Shown piece by piece: positions 1-15,000 of a stretch of DNA of 64,000 bases. The stretch spans positions 7,851-71,850 of the forward strand of contig JAAEQW010000139.1 of assembly GCA_024231025.1 (NCBI GenBank). Direction: 5' to 3'. A model generated the notes under the pieces. That model searched no databases. It was not told the DNA's origin and worked only from the letters and a program-made list of their open reading frames with translations. Positions within the stretch are counted from its first letter, which is position 1; each line of letters begins with the position of its first letter. The DNA is from Candidatus Omnitrophota bacterium. Its GTDB lineage: Bacteria; Omnitrophota; Gorgyraeia; Duberdicusellales; 4484-171. The translations under genes were made by a program, and so were the position numbers.

Positions 1-3000
1 ATAACGACTAAAAACATCTCTCAATAACCTAGTTCGATCAACCGCTTCATCATTTTTTAATTCAAATTCTACTAATTGATCCTGGTATTCAGCTATTATT
101 TGCCATGTCACAATTAATTCATCTAGTTTAGCTATTGCTATCTGCACCCGCCGCTGAGCCAAAATGCCATCCATATCCTCAACAGCACTCCACAGCCTTG
201 AAAGTAAATCTAAAATATACCCATACTCCAATTCTAATTTAAGATGTTCATTTCTAATCACACTTTCAATACTGCTCGCGGCTGCAGAGAAAAACCCATC
301 ATTAATTAAAGAATAAATTTCTCGCAGGCGCAAACCTAATTGCTCGTGACTTTTCTCAAAACGCCCCCTTAATCTAAGAAGCTCATCGTGATCCTGCGTA
401 ATTAGCTTAATTATTTCTTCCTCTTTAGTTGAGCGCCAACACTCTAATTTTTTGTTAAGTTTATTATAGGCTTGCATAATCCGCATCGAACCACCCTGTG
501 CTTGCTCTAGGCACACACCAATATTGTTGTATTTTCCATAATCTAAATCCCGACGCTGATAGAAGATAGCCTGACCATGCGTTTTGTTGTCTACTACTTC
601 CGCTCCCGCATGGCGGGAAATAATCCTCAAAACAATACGCCAAAGAATACGGCATACCGCCTTATCACTACAACTTGAGATAATTTTTCGCTCTAAAATA
701 CCTAAAGCAACTTGATTCATGTAAACAACAAGAAGGCCTCTTTTATAATTATATTCTGCAATTACAGTGGGTTCGATTTGCAATTTCATGTAAACTGGAT
801 TTCTTTTTATTTCCGGTAATGAAATCTCTGAAAAGGTCAAAGATCTAATCTCAGCATATCTACCCTGATCCCACTCAATCCCGCAGTCAATAATATTTTT
901 TTTACCGATCCCGCTTCGTCTACTACGAATCAACCTAAACGCTTCATCAACTTCTTCTTTACTCCAATTATCAAAAAAACTTCTCGAAATCTGATCCTTT
1001 TCTTTCACTCCTCCCCACCAATAATCAGAGCCATCACTATTTGCCATAAAATCAGGTAAATGGGACCACTCATCAGTGCTGGGTGCGTCATCTTTAAAAT
1101 ATTGCACATGGCAATAACCATCCTCATCTTTCGTAATATAAATATTCTCAAAATCCCAGCCTTTTTTCATGACACCTTCTATTGCATCTTGATTATGAAA
1201 ATAGAGCTTACCATTTCTAAATCGCATTCTTGCGCCTCTAAAAGCAGGTAAAACCTGTTTCGATCTTAGTTGATACTTATCCCGCATTGCTAAAACCACA
1301 CAATTTTCCTTACGGTGCCAATTTAAAAGATTCTCTTTAGCCTTAAGCGTTTTTTCATCTAATCTTTCAGGGACAGCGTTAACAATATCCTCAAAACTAT
1401 ATTTTTTTAGCGCTGGAGCAAAACCTTGTAATCCCTCAATATGATCTTTACATTCTTTTTTTCGCATTGACACGCCCAAACTACTAATAATTCGCGGATG
1501 CAACCAAGAGGACACCAGCAAAACATAATCACTGGCGGAAAGATTAGTTTTCGAATTCTCACCTAATTTTTCCGCTAACACTGCACTTGATAAATTCGCA
1601 TCACAAAGTTGAGCATCAATCTCTCGACCAAATATCATCCAGCGATTAATTAGCGAGTAAACTTCGTCGCGAGAAATCCCCTTTATTACCTCTTGAGAAA
1701 AAATTTCCGCAGGAGCCCTGCCCATGCCAGTTAACAACGCCGCCAAAAATACTACCGCAATCTTAAATTCAGTCTCATTTTTAGAATCAAGTAAAGATTC
1801 CTCTAAAAATAAACCGCGGTTGTCCAGAACAGCAGAAAAATTGCTCATACGACTAACTCGATAAAACGGTTTTCTATTAATTTCATCTAAACTCGCTGCA
1901 ATTCTATTCCTTTCATTGTCGCTACTTTTTAGAACCAACTCTTTAGTTTCCTTAACACACGCTCGATAACGTCTCGCTTCCCACTCAGGAATTTCCCTAC
2001 TTTCAGTGATTTCTTCCTTAACAAATTTCATCAGCGGCATTATCTCTTTAGAAAAAGATTTCTCCTCTTCAAGATGACGACGACAAACCACCAACGACCT
2101 CTGCGTTGTTCTTCGATAATCACCAAGAAACCCAATCCCTGCCAGAACTGTTCCGACTCGATCCTGAGGGCTTGCCTTAAATTTAAGAATCGGAAAAATT
2201 TCCCGACCAAGATGCTTTTGCGCATATTCTGCAAGTTCATTAAATAAAATTAAAACCGCATGATAAATGTTTTCTCCGGTTTTGAAGATGTAAATGTTTT
2301 CCGCGTCCCCGTCAGATAAAATTTTCTGAATGCGGCGTAAAAATATTGTATCCTTATCAATATCAATCTCTCTTAAACGATTAACTACCTTATTAACAAG
2401 CTCCGGATAATACAGCGCAAACAATTCCAAGAGGCAATTGTTATCATATAATTGCTTGCGACCTTGACTGCTAATAGCAAAAAGTTCACAGCTTTCCTGC
2501 GCGTAATCTTCTTCTATTGCGATGTAGTCGTTTATTTTTGCCAAGGCCTGAAGTATCGGCACCGCGCTACAAAACTCAATAGGGCTAGCATCAACCGCGC
2601 TTTTAGAAACAGTCCACCATAAATTATCCTTTTCTAATTTATAAATATAAATCTGACTAGCACAATCAACAAATGAAGGATATCTTGAAAAAATATCCTG
2701 AGCGCCTCGCAAGCGAATTCTTCCTTCGGTAATATCACAAGTATTAAGTAAGTTTAAAAATAATTGTTTTAACTCACTGGAAAGCTCTTTTATTAAAGGG
2801 TTAACTAACAAAATCTCAACGCTCGCATTTCGGATCGGTTGAGCATAATGATATGGCTGAGAGTACACGCGAAGTGCCTCTATCTGTGATAAGCTTTCCG
2901 CGTTCAATAAAGATTCACTTTCAAAAAGGGGCCTATTTGCGTATTTAGCGTAATCGAATTGTAAAAACCTTAATCCAAATCTACGCGCGGCATCGGAAAC

Positions 3001-6000
3001 TTCATTTCTTAAAAAACTAAAATTAATCTCCTCAAAAGGCACTCCAAAGGTCCGCATTATTTCGGCTTCACCCCACACCCCAACTCTAGAATCGATAAAG
3101 CGCCAAGTTAAGGGTAGCAGCTGGCGATTGCGCAAACTATTTAACAATTCTTCATCATCTGGATAATGACCATCTTCGTTAGAAAAAGCTAATCTTTTAC
3201 ACGCCTCAATCAAAAAATTAGAGGATCGCACTTGCCTCCACTGAGAAAAATCTTCTCCTAAATTATCTGGCTTAGATTTAAAAATCCTCCCCTTTAAAGT
3301 GTAGATCTGGCCATTAATTAGAATATACGCGTCACTAAAAAGAATATACGCATCATCTGAGTATTCAATGCCGTTTACGGCGTCGCACCATTGGTATTTC
3401 CCGCATAAAAAAACAAATTCTGCCTTCTCGTCATTTCGCCGGCTACCGCCTTTAACAAAAGAAACAATTTCCAAAACAGCATTAGAAAAATCCTCTTCAA
3501 TTTCTCCACCAAGGGATTGTTCAACCTTATAGCTATCGCCAAAACCACCATCCCAATCGGGAACTATGATATGTCTACTAATCAAAGCTAAAAACTCATC
3601 AATAAATCGCTCGACACCACCAAAACTAGTTGACATGCACTCTAGCGTTGATTCATTGGGGGCGTTAACAATGCCGGTAATTTCATTTTCGATCCATTCT
3701 CGACTCCAAACTGGAATTTGCTCTTCTTTCATTTTCTCAACCAGTTTAGAATAAACCCTATTAAATAAGTGTTTAAATTTCTTCAAACGCTGATTCACTT
3801 CGACTGAGCGAGGTTGCCAACCAACTTTCGCTAAATCACTAGTTTTCGCTCCTACCCGCCTTTTATCAAGATATTGTGGTGCCTCGAGTATTTTAAAAAT
3901 CTTATGTTTTTTTGGTAATTTCCCTAGCGCCAACCACTGCGCATATTTTTCCTTAGTAATCGCATGCAGTGTTTTTGATTTTTTATCTACAATAACAAGT
4001 ATACTCTCGGCAGCTTCCTCTAGCACTTCATCCGCACGCAAAATCTCTTTAGCCCGACCTAAAAGTATCCCCTCCTCTGATAAATCTTTGTATTGAGCAC
4101 CTGCCTCAATAAAACGATTCGCCGTAATGCTAATATTTTCATCACGCACCATCGCAACTGCCCCAACTAAACAATTCTTATCTAAATCAATTAAAAAAAG
4201 AGAACGGAGAGCAACAGTAAACCCATCAGCAAAAGGTGCATCTTCTGCTACTCGTATGTTTTCTTCTCTAAGCTTAATAAAGAATCCCACAATTGCCGCA
4301 ATAGCAACAACCCCAGCCCCCCAGAAAAATGATTCAATCGCCACACTCTGCTCAACGTTAACCAAATTAAGAAATAATCTCAGCAAGAAGCTATCTTCTC
4401 GAAAATAATGGGTTAAAGATTCAAGCACTTCACCAGGCAATCCCGCCCATAAAGGACAAAAGGAATTTAACTTAGAAGAGCACCCTTTGCCTCCTAAGTC
4501 TGGTACGCTCGCTAATTTGACATTTAAACCGCTTATATCGGATTTAAGCTGCTCTAGCCCCCCAACAAACTCAGCTATCCCCTTGTTGATAAGCGCTTCA
4601 AGCGTCCATTGCGTTAAAAAATAATTAACCTTATCTTCTGCCGCAGTATATTGACTTGCTTGAATCAAAACTTTCCAGGTTAATTCTATTAAATCTTTAA
4701 GTTGTGTTTTGTTGATGTCTTTATCTGCAGTATTAATAAATTCAACTAAAGTATCGATCAGAAGTTTTATATCTTTACCTTGAAACAATTTTTCATCTAA
4801 GTAGTGCCTCGCGCTGCTTCGGCTTTTATCCAATTCGCCGGCAAGAGAAAACTTAAATCTATTTCCTTTTACCATGATATTAGATAAGTTATACTTGCCC
4901 AATCCAAGTTCTATCACTCCAAGATAAGCACTATCTACCCCTACTTCCCTCCCTTGGGCAAGGAATCGCTTTCTTTCACACGGCATACTGCAATAGAAAT
5001 CAGCATCAAGTTTCCAAAGCTCATGCTCTGACCTCACCCCTTCTTCCGTAAAATGCATCAACTCATGACGCCTTAAGCCACCGGTTAATTGCGGTTTAGA
5101 AACCGCTAACTCACAACAAACCCAAGGATGATAAGAGAACAATTTTATTGGTACTAATTCATTATGTGCGCCATAAATGTGATTTTGCTTTGCCGCGGCA
5201 GCATGAATTTGCTTAAGATCCTCCGCTTCACGTAACTTTTCAGGATTCAATGTAGTTAAAAGAGCGAACCGATCAAACGGATAGTTGTGGCCTTCAAGCT
5301 CCATCCTCACCTTATTGGCAAATTGCCCTACCGCAATACTTAATAGCGGCGAATAATCGTCTACTAGCCATTCAATCGGGTCTAATTGCCAAACCCCATT
5401 TTTACCCTTATTAAATACCACCATTGCTAAATCACACTCTTCTCCCTGGCCAAGCTCATCTACTTTTCGTTGGTGAATTTTATCGGGAACTAAGAGAGGA
5501 AAACATTCACCATCGTCTTGGGTGTCACCTGTTTCATCTTTGTAACGCAGAACACAAGTTCTTGCTGATTCTCTTACATCAGTATCGAGATCATTAATTA
5601 ATTCCCTCGTCTGCGATAAAAAACGATCTGCAATATCGTGCCCTGTAAAACCAAAAGAATAAATCAACATCAGAGTGTGCCTGCGTACACAAGCCTCGCT
5701 ATCTTTAAGTCCATTTTCTAAAAAACCTAAATATTGATTGTTCTTCGGTTGATAATGCTCATAGCAGAAAACAGCATGAGTGAGAGTCGCCTTTCTAACC
5801 GCATCATTTCTAGAATCCCAAAGACGAGTTAATAAAGGCAGTGGAAATTGCAAATGAAACCCTACCCCTAAAGCATCATCCATTACCTGGGGATTAAGCG
5901 TTTTTTGCACTGCCGCAGTCAATATTGCCCAAGCTTTACCCAGTCCGATCTCTGCTAAATCCCGCGCCATACGAGATAAGACTTCCTCTTTATTGTTATA

Positions 6001-9000
6001 GCGGCTAGATTCATCGAGGGATAAGGAACTTATTAGGCTATCAATCACGCCTTCTTCAAATTTATTTTGCCTTAACAGATTAAAAGCAATATCTAATTGT
6101 TTTTGAAATTCTTTTTCTTTATCTTCGGGGTGATGAACCTCCGAGATGAATTCCTCTCCAGTAATAGGGAGCCGATATTCAACATTCACACTTTGCGGGA
6201 TGCCATAATCATTCTTCTTAGTGTGACGCTTCTCAATAAGTATTAACTGCTCTAAATCAACTTCCCAACTGATAATTAGTGTTTCGTTCTCATTTTTTTC
6301 TATAGCCATGGCATAACACACCCCGCCGGTTAAAGCTCTAGCAATACGCCGCATCTCACTAGGATAATGTTTAAGATGGCAAGTTGTATTACTAATTATT
6401 CGATATATTTCATCCTCAGATAAAGGAGCGCCTGGATTTATTGCGCTGTCTGGTCTGAGAATTATTACCGATGCTAAGCTGCTTTCGGATAATAATCGCT
6501 CTGCCTCGCCATGAGGATCATCAATATCAGCTAAGTAATATTCAAAATGTTCATGGGTAAGGGTTTCTTGAGTAAAGTTTAAATTTTCTGGGGTGATAGT
6601 TTCTAAACCATTGAGGGAATTCATTGTTGTAATATAAAGGATAGGACCGGCATCAGAATCATCAATTATTGAGCCAAAGTCATCAACAATATTCATTATC
6701 TGTACTGCCTTAACTGCAACAATTTGTAATGGCGGACCCCGAACGCTATAACTTACGCTACTAAGCGTTCTTCTTATTTGTGCATCTTCTATTACTAAAC
6801 GTTCATTTGCCCAAGGGATATTTATCGCTACTACTCTATTTGCTTGGCTAGCTTCGTCTATAATCTCCTGAATTCCTTTTCGCGTATGTCTTCCGTTTGA
6901 ACCGCGCCGACCAGTTGATTCGCTCTCTAAATTAAACTGATATTGCAATCTAATTAATTCCTCAACTTTGAATAAGAAGATATTAATGCCTGCTAAATCT
7001 TTCAACCCAATGCCCGCTTCGATAAACCGCATTAATGAGGCTAAACCGCTAATAAAAAAATCTCTATGAATTTTTCGACCACCCCTAATTCTTGAAAATC
7101 CCCAGCAACCAATCAATAAAAAAAGATACGCCAAAGTAAGCAAGAGCACCCCCTGCCAAAAATCACCACTGCCGCCCTTAGCCCCCATAGAAAGAATACC
7201 AACGGCTGAAATTATGCCGGAGCACCCTTCAGCCTTATATCTCCTTAGGAAATGAACAAAACGGCCGTATCGACTACTCTTTGCAAGAGCTTTTGCCGCA
7301 GCTTGTACTTTTCTTGTTACTACTTTTCTATCCAAATCATGTTGGGTGGCAATTTGTTTATGAGTTTTCCCATTAAACACCCCAAAAGCAGCCTCAACAA
7401 CAAGATCAGGATTAACAAGATTACGCTCTAAATACTCTTTCATGGCTTGGCGATTTTTCAACAAGAAATGCATATCTACTTTAGAAGGTTTGAAGTAAAT
7501 TCCCATAAGAGGCCCCAAGATATCAATCAAAGGCTGCCACTCAGGATGCTTATCAGAATCCCTTTTAAGACGCTTAAAAATATCTTTTAATACTTGCTCT
7601 ACCCTCTGCCTAGATAATGGTCTTGCCCATTTTTCGACAACCTCTTCGCCAATTTCTTCAAGCGTCATGGTAGTTAATATTCTTAATTTAAGTATCTTCA
7701 TATTGCGCGAGAAAAACTGTACGCGGAGAAATAATATTGGTTCACTCAATTTTAAATGTTCTTTTACACCTGACTCAAGCTCAAGCCATAAAAGCTTTCG
7801 CGCTTGACCATTACCCACCGCCTCTTCTGGTGAAAGCCCCCCTTGCGAAGAATCATCTATCAAAGACCCCCCTAGAGACCTGGGTCTCTCTTTTATCTCA
7901 TCATGCATTGGCCAAAAAGTACTATTCCATAAATGATTTTCTAATCCTTTCGCTAAAGTTTCTTCTTCGACTTTTGAAGATCTAAAATGCACCGCCCCTT
8001 GATCCAAACCTTCATACCCTATCTGCAACAACTCTTCGCGGGCAATTACTTTCGTGTCTAATTTACTGGCTGCTACAAAAAGAATATATAGGTAAAGGCC
8101 CATTACCGCCATCTTGGCGAATTCATCACCCAATTTAATTCTTCTCTCCAGGAAAAGAATCTGTTTATCGCTTAAGTCGGGCAGCTCTTTTGCTCTTTGA
8201 GAGGGATTAAACTGTTCCAACTGCCTTATATATTCATCTACACCTGGGATATTTTTTCGTGTTAGCTGAGGATTATATTTACTGGAATCCGCCTCCCACC
8301 GCGAGTAACGTACGTAGGGTTTATGCTCAGCTTCATTCTCAATGTCTAGGTAATCTTTGAGGCTTAATAACTGATCCCAACAGCTGCGGCCGGGGAAAGT
8401 AGGCAGTATCCCCTGCAAGGATCTTTTAAAACCCCCCAATAAAAGAAACCGACGGGAAAGATCCCACACCCTTAAATTCTCTAGAGTCTTTTTCTCTCTC
8501 TTTTTCCGAATAGCTACAGATCTCAGTCGATTCTCATTGATAACTCTTACTCGATCTTCTAAAGCCTGCCGTAAAGCCTGGCGAGAAATAATCGCCCAGT
8601 CAATCTTATGAGTTTTCTTAGTGCTGCTCATTTCTACACACTTCAAGACATATTTAAGATCTTTCTTTATCTTACCCTCATAACCATCAGTAAATCTAAT
8701 CCTTAAGCGAATCGCCCCTCTAGACAATTTGCTCAGTCTTGCACAATCCTTCTTGTAGTAACATGCGCTTTCATTCTCGGCAAGCTCGTGTGCTTGCCCT
8801 CTAGATAAATGCAAATTCTTCAACTCAACGGTTTCATGACGATTAATATCGCCGGTCAACTCTGCTCCAACATTATCCTGTGTAAGGGTCAGGTGAATTG
8901 TAAAGATAGCTTCCGCTGCAGTAATTCGATAGCGAAAAACTTTTACTCCTTTTTCTCCGGTAAATTCGATCCGCACTCTTTTACCCGCAACTGCCAAATG

Positions 9001-12000
9001 AGAGAAGATTGGCTTAAAGCGCCTCTTAATTACCGCTCTTAGTTTTCTCCTCTGATTAGAATCTGGCTGTGCGATCTCAACGATTGAGGTTGCCGGATAG
9101 GCTCCAGAGATCCACTCAGTAACATCTGCCTTAGAAATTGCTGCTTTTTTTAGGCCTTTTATTTGGGGTAGGTTATTTCTTATTGCATTGATTGCTGCTT
9201 TGGGATTATCGCAAGAAATAACGTTATCCAAAATAGTATTAATATCTTGAGAGGTTATTTGCGCTGCTTCGAGATCTTCAATAAATGAAAGTAAACCCTT
9301 ATACATCGTTTCGTTACTGTCTAACGAAAGCATTACCGCAAGAATATTGCCAAAAACATTCGCACTAACTTCATTGCGTTTAAGCGCATCCGTCAACCGT
9401 TTAAACTCTTTCCACTCTCCGGGCCAATAGACACAACGGTGCCAGCGAACACCAAAAGCCTCGAGTAAATCCTTAATGACTCTTACTTCCAAAAATCTAT
9501 ACCTCTTGTCAATATCATACAAAGCTCGTAACAGATAGGTAAATGACTCATGAATTGCTAAGCTGTGCGCTAAGCCCCCCTTGTATTGTTGCAATATATC
9601 TACTTTAGGTTTGGAAATCTTAAGGTAATGGCAATAAATTTCAGCGGGTTTAATAGTATAATTAACATTCTTATAGCCAAGAAATTTCAACGTATTCTGA
9701 AGCATCCGAGCGGTTAGGCGCGTGCCGTATATCGATTTATCCTTATCAATCAGCTCAATTAAAAGTCTGCAAACAGCCGCAGTTATACTTAGATCATCTG
9801 AAATAAGCTCACTGAAGCGCTGATCAATGTCTAACCCCAGTTTCCGATAATGCCAATAAAGCCAACAGCATCTGTCCATATATTCGACTTTGCAACCAAA
9901 CACCTCAACCAACACATCTTCTAAGCTAGCGGCGTTGATACCGGATCTTAAACTTTCTGACTGAAAGCCATTTGAATAAATACCTCTTAACTCACCAAGA
10001 GCAGCAAGAAAAGCTTTTAGTAAATTGTCTCTTGAAGAATAAGGACTAGCCTTAATGCGACTATAGCCTCTACGAATAAAATAAGGGCCAAGATAAGCAC
10101 CAAGCTGAGGAAATTTTGTTAGGTGTTTAGAAAACTTAACTTCCTGTACCTCTGGGTTACACTCAGATAATGGTTTTTCAAATTCTTTAAACAATGAAGG
10201 TAATTGATGATTCTCGGGAACACCCCTAACTAGTCTCATCCGCTGCCGCGTCCAAGGGTGCAACACTAAATAAGCTAAGGGTTTTTTTTGGGGAGTAGCT
10301 ACGGTTACAATCGCAAACGGTGCGGATTTATTTGAAGTAACCGCGGGAAGGTCTTGATCTATCTTAACCCTTCTTCCGGGGTCCAAACCAACAAAAAAAT
10401 CTTCTTCTTTAGGGATTTTCGTATTAAAGATATCATAAATATTTCCCTCCTTATCTTGCATCTGACGAGAAATTGTCGATAAGGCCAAATTATCGCCAAC
10501 TCGCTCATCGCAAGAACCAACATAATCCTCAGAAGAAAGATGCCCCATAACCGCATCTGTAAATTCACACAAATTACTACTATAAACTATTGACTGCCCG
10601 GCAATCTTTTCTTGCTTTCTTCTGATTATCTGAGCATGCCACCTACTTGTGCCGGGTTTTCTTTTGAGCAGAACGGTTTTTTTCTTCTTCCCATTTTTAA
10701 AGGCTACCCCTATTCTAAGTAATTGCCCCTCTTTAGAAAGACTATAGAACCCATCTGAAAATTTCCTATCAAAGTTAGCGCCAAGAACAATCTTAAATGA
10801 TTTTTTTAACTTAAGCAGGACATTATCATCATCTTTGGGCAAATTCAAATCGCCAAAATTAATTCCGTTTTCAATAAGAATTTGTGCCATCTCTAACTTA
10901 CTTATCCCTAAAGTTCTAGCAAAACTTCTAACAAAACACCGATTCTGACTAACCATATCCTTTAATACGTCCAAAGAACATCCGCCAATCAAAAATCCTT
11001 CCATATTTCTCTTTTTCACAGTCACCTCGTCCATAAGAGCAGTTAAAATGACTGAATCTTCTCGTGCTCTGGATGACACACAATAATATTTTTCTCCGGG
11101 AATTTTCCTAACATGCACCATATCAGATAGATGTCTTTTTTGCGCAAGCGCTACCGCCAATCCCATAAAATCAAAACAAGCTCTACCTTTATCAAAAGTT
11201 ACCGGCAAACACTCAAAACAAGAAACAATATCTGCAAAGGCAATCGGTAATTCTTGATAACGACAACCTTTTTCGATTACTCGAATGAGAGGGTGCTTAA
11301 TTCTAGCTCGAGTTATTGCCAAACTCTCATCAGGACCCCCACGCCTAGACGTTTGATATGCAATCCAAGCAATATTTTTACTAAATGAACCCCTTCCCAA
11401 AATATCTCTCGCCCATTTACCAATATCTCCATTCATCTTTTCAGCCCACCAATCAAAAGAACGAAGAACATTCTTCGTAGCTAATGCTATCTGATTTGCT
11501 CGGTAATAATCACGATTAGCGCGCAACCACGCTAAAGTTTGGCGATCCCCATCTTCTTGATTAAGCCCTCCAACATGACCAAATTCATCGCGCAAGGCAG
11601 TAACCAACAATCGATTAGCATCGGTGCCGGTAATTGAAAATAATTCTTCTAGGTATTTTTCATTTTCAATAAATATTGGATACAAGTAAATTTCGCCACC
11701 GGTATAGTGTGAAATTTTACGGCAGGCGCCAACGCGGGCGATATCTACGAGATTAGTATTGGGAGTAATCCAAATAATAATCTCGCCAAGCGAAGCTTTA
11801 AAAAGACGCTCATGCGCTTCTATCAATATATTCTTAAAAGTAGTACTCTGTTCAATAGTTAACGATCCCTCCAAAATACTGAAACAAGAAAGACCTGACC
11901 CCTTAAAGCTAACCAAAAGTTTTACCAGTGCCAAACCTTCATACCTAACCTGAGGTTCAATCGCAACTGCGTAATCAAATTCGTTATCACTCCTGTGTGC

Positions 12001-15000
12001 TGTGTTTGGTTTTTTTACTGGTTTTTTTTTTGATTTTTTAGCTTGAGCTCTAAATTCTTTTAACACTGCCTTAGCCATGTGTCTATCCTGCATACTCACA
12101 GGCAAACGAGCGGCAACGCTCTGCTGCCCAACCCACTCGGGTAATTTAGCACCACTAGATGGTTCTAGAAGATTATTTAAAGGAACCCACCCTACACGCC
12201 CTTGGCGAGAATAGCGCGCATGACAACAAGTTATGTCATCCTGGTCAAAAAGCAAATAGATATTATCAGTTGATAGCCCTCGCTCTTGGTTTTTCTCAAC
12301 AAGCGCTTCTAAGCTTAAGAAGATCTCGTCATTTCTACGACAAAAAGCAACACTCCCTATAATATCGACCGCCGCCACCGCTGCAACTTCTTGACCATTA
12401 GCCTCCGCCACAGCATCCATAAAAGAATTACCAATTAATCGCTCCTTTTTTTTATCTACCTGTTTTCGCATCACTGGAAGCGCATTTTTTGACTTTTCTG
12501 CCGTAGGCATTGGCAAAGCATTAACTAACTTTCTTTTACCAGCTAAAGCTGCCGCCATATGAATAAGAACTGCTTCCTTTTGTTGTTGCAAAGCGTTATT
12601 AAAGGCAAGCGATATATACAAAGTACCGTTTGAATCTTGATCATATAAAAATATCGCAGCAAAAAGCGATCTTTTCTTCGTTAAATACATCATTACCGGT
12701 AAAGAAGAAAGCTCCTCTAAAGCCTTGCGGATACCGCGGTCGTCAACGCTTGATATTAAACTATCGAAGGTACTATCTAGACGCCGCTGTTCACCTGGGT
12801 GCAATTTACGCTTCATCCTCAATTCACTTTCTATCTCTTGTTTTAGATTATGACTACTACTCGCCACATTAGTAAACTGATCAACAGGGCAAAAAACATA
12901 CGGCCGATCATTTCTTTTTTTAGGAATCAAACCACTGGCAGTAGTGGTTTGTCTTTCTTTGTGTTGGGATAAAAACTGATTAGTAATCTTTTCGGCATCT
13001 TCTTTGGCTATGCAACACGTTAAAAATATTAAAGTAGCCGCTAATCTAATGTTACTTGCTTCTTGATGTAAATGAATTTCTCCACTTCTGATTATCCCGT
13101 AAAAATAAATACTCTTGGTATAGTAGAATTCCATGGCACTGATACTTTTCAATAAATTTATGAGACAATCGCTTCCCTGTTTTTCTAAATATTCGTACGC
13201 TATTTTCATTGCCGCAGGAATATTGGAATTTTCTAATTCGTTACGACTCAAAACTTTTGCCCCACTGAGAGCAGCTTCAATTTTTTCTTGCGAAAAAAGC
13301 TGTTTCGCATCCCGAGGGCAATAAGCCACAACTATCAGCTGCTTTGGCCTTGCCCCAATCTCGCTACCGTCGACGATTGTTCCGTCTTCTATTGCTTTGG
13401 GCATATGGATCCAACTATCTCCCGGGGGAAGGCTTTCGAAGAATTCCGCATGAAAACGATTATCCCCTGCTCGCTCAACCCAAATATTTTCATGGTTTAA
13501 TTTTGCAAGATTTTTGTCAAACACCATCCATGTGCCATCGCCATCTTCATTAATTTCAGCAACAACAAAATCAGAAACAACTTCACTCATCTTTCGATTG
13601 GAATCTTTAGTCTTATCAAGATGAGCATTAAAAAGACAACAGCGCTTTAATTGGTCATAACTATGGCAAACAGCGATTTGATTTCTTCCTTTATCTTTAG
13701 CTTGGTAAAGCGCACGATCAGCATTTTCGCTAAGCGACAGGGCATTATCACCTAAAACAAGTTTGTTTTTAGAATCATACTGATAGATCTCATAAGCAGC
13801 CAAACCAACGCTCATCGTAATATTAACTGACTCACCCGCTCTTACAGGGATACCTTGCTTATCTAACGCATCTTTTATCCTACCTAGCACTGATCGAGCA
13901 ACTTCTTCAGTAGTGTCAGTTACCAGCAAAAAGAATTCATCACCACCCCAACGAGCAAAACGATCATTGGCACGAATATTTTTGCGTACTATATCTGAAA
14001 AAACAGTTAGAACTACGTCGCCGGCATTGTGCCCATAAGTGTCATTTATCCGTTTAAAATTGTCCAAATCGATTATAAATAAGAAAAGTCCCGGAGCCTC
14101 TTTCCTGCGTTGCGCCATCAACACCTCACTCGGAAAAAATTCCTTCTCAAAAGGTATCCGATTAAGTGCACCGGTTAAATGATCAGTAATTGACTGCTCT
14201 TTTAGCTGCTCATACAAGAAAAAGCTCCTCATTCTACCTGCCAAATGTTCTCTTTGCTGCAATATATCGTAATTAACCGCAGAAAGCGCCCAGATTACAC
14301 TGCGCACTTCTGTTTCGTTTCTACCAACAAGACAACGACGGCGAGGGCGCCTAGAACTTTTTGGATCATCCAGCCAATTATTAATTAAAAATGTTTCAAA
14401 CTTACCAAGGCGTTCACTGGGCAAAATCGAAAAAATCATTTCACCAACATCACCTTCGTAATCATGCTTATCTTCATTATAATTTACTGCAATTATATCG
14501 GGATTCTTGGGTAATTTCCTCCGATCATAAATATGTAAGCCAACCAGTGGTCTACCTTGGGCGTCATCATTAAACCACCAATTCCAACCAAGTTGCCCCT
14601 TTTTATCATATTCGCGCTCTTGCTTGCGAAGCCTCTTTGCAATACTTTTGCGCTGCTGGTGATCACAATTTAACCACTCTCTCACCACTGAAGAAAACCA
14701 CCCCTTTTCACTATGAGGATCGGCAATAATTGACTGATCATCGTTATCCTCGCTATCGCAATTACCTCCATCGTCAACCATAGCAAAGGCAGAATCACGC
14801 AAACCTTCAGTTTTCGCTTTATTAGCGAATCCACCACTAGCGAGATCTACAGTATAATTATAAGCTGAAGCTCGCTGGCCAATAAAGGCGTTAGTCACCG
14901 TGTGAGTTTCAACCTTCATTTTGTATTTCTCCACATTACGGCGCAGTTGTTTTTCGTCAACTTTACCTTTTCGATAAAGCTCCACTTGCCGATCAAAAAA

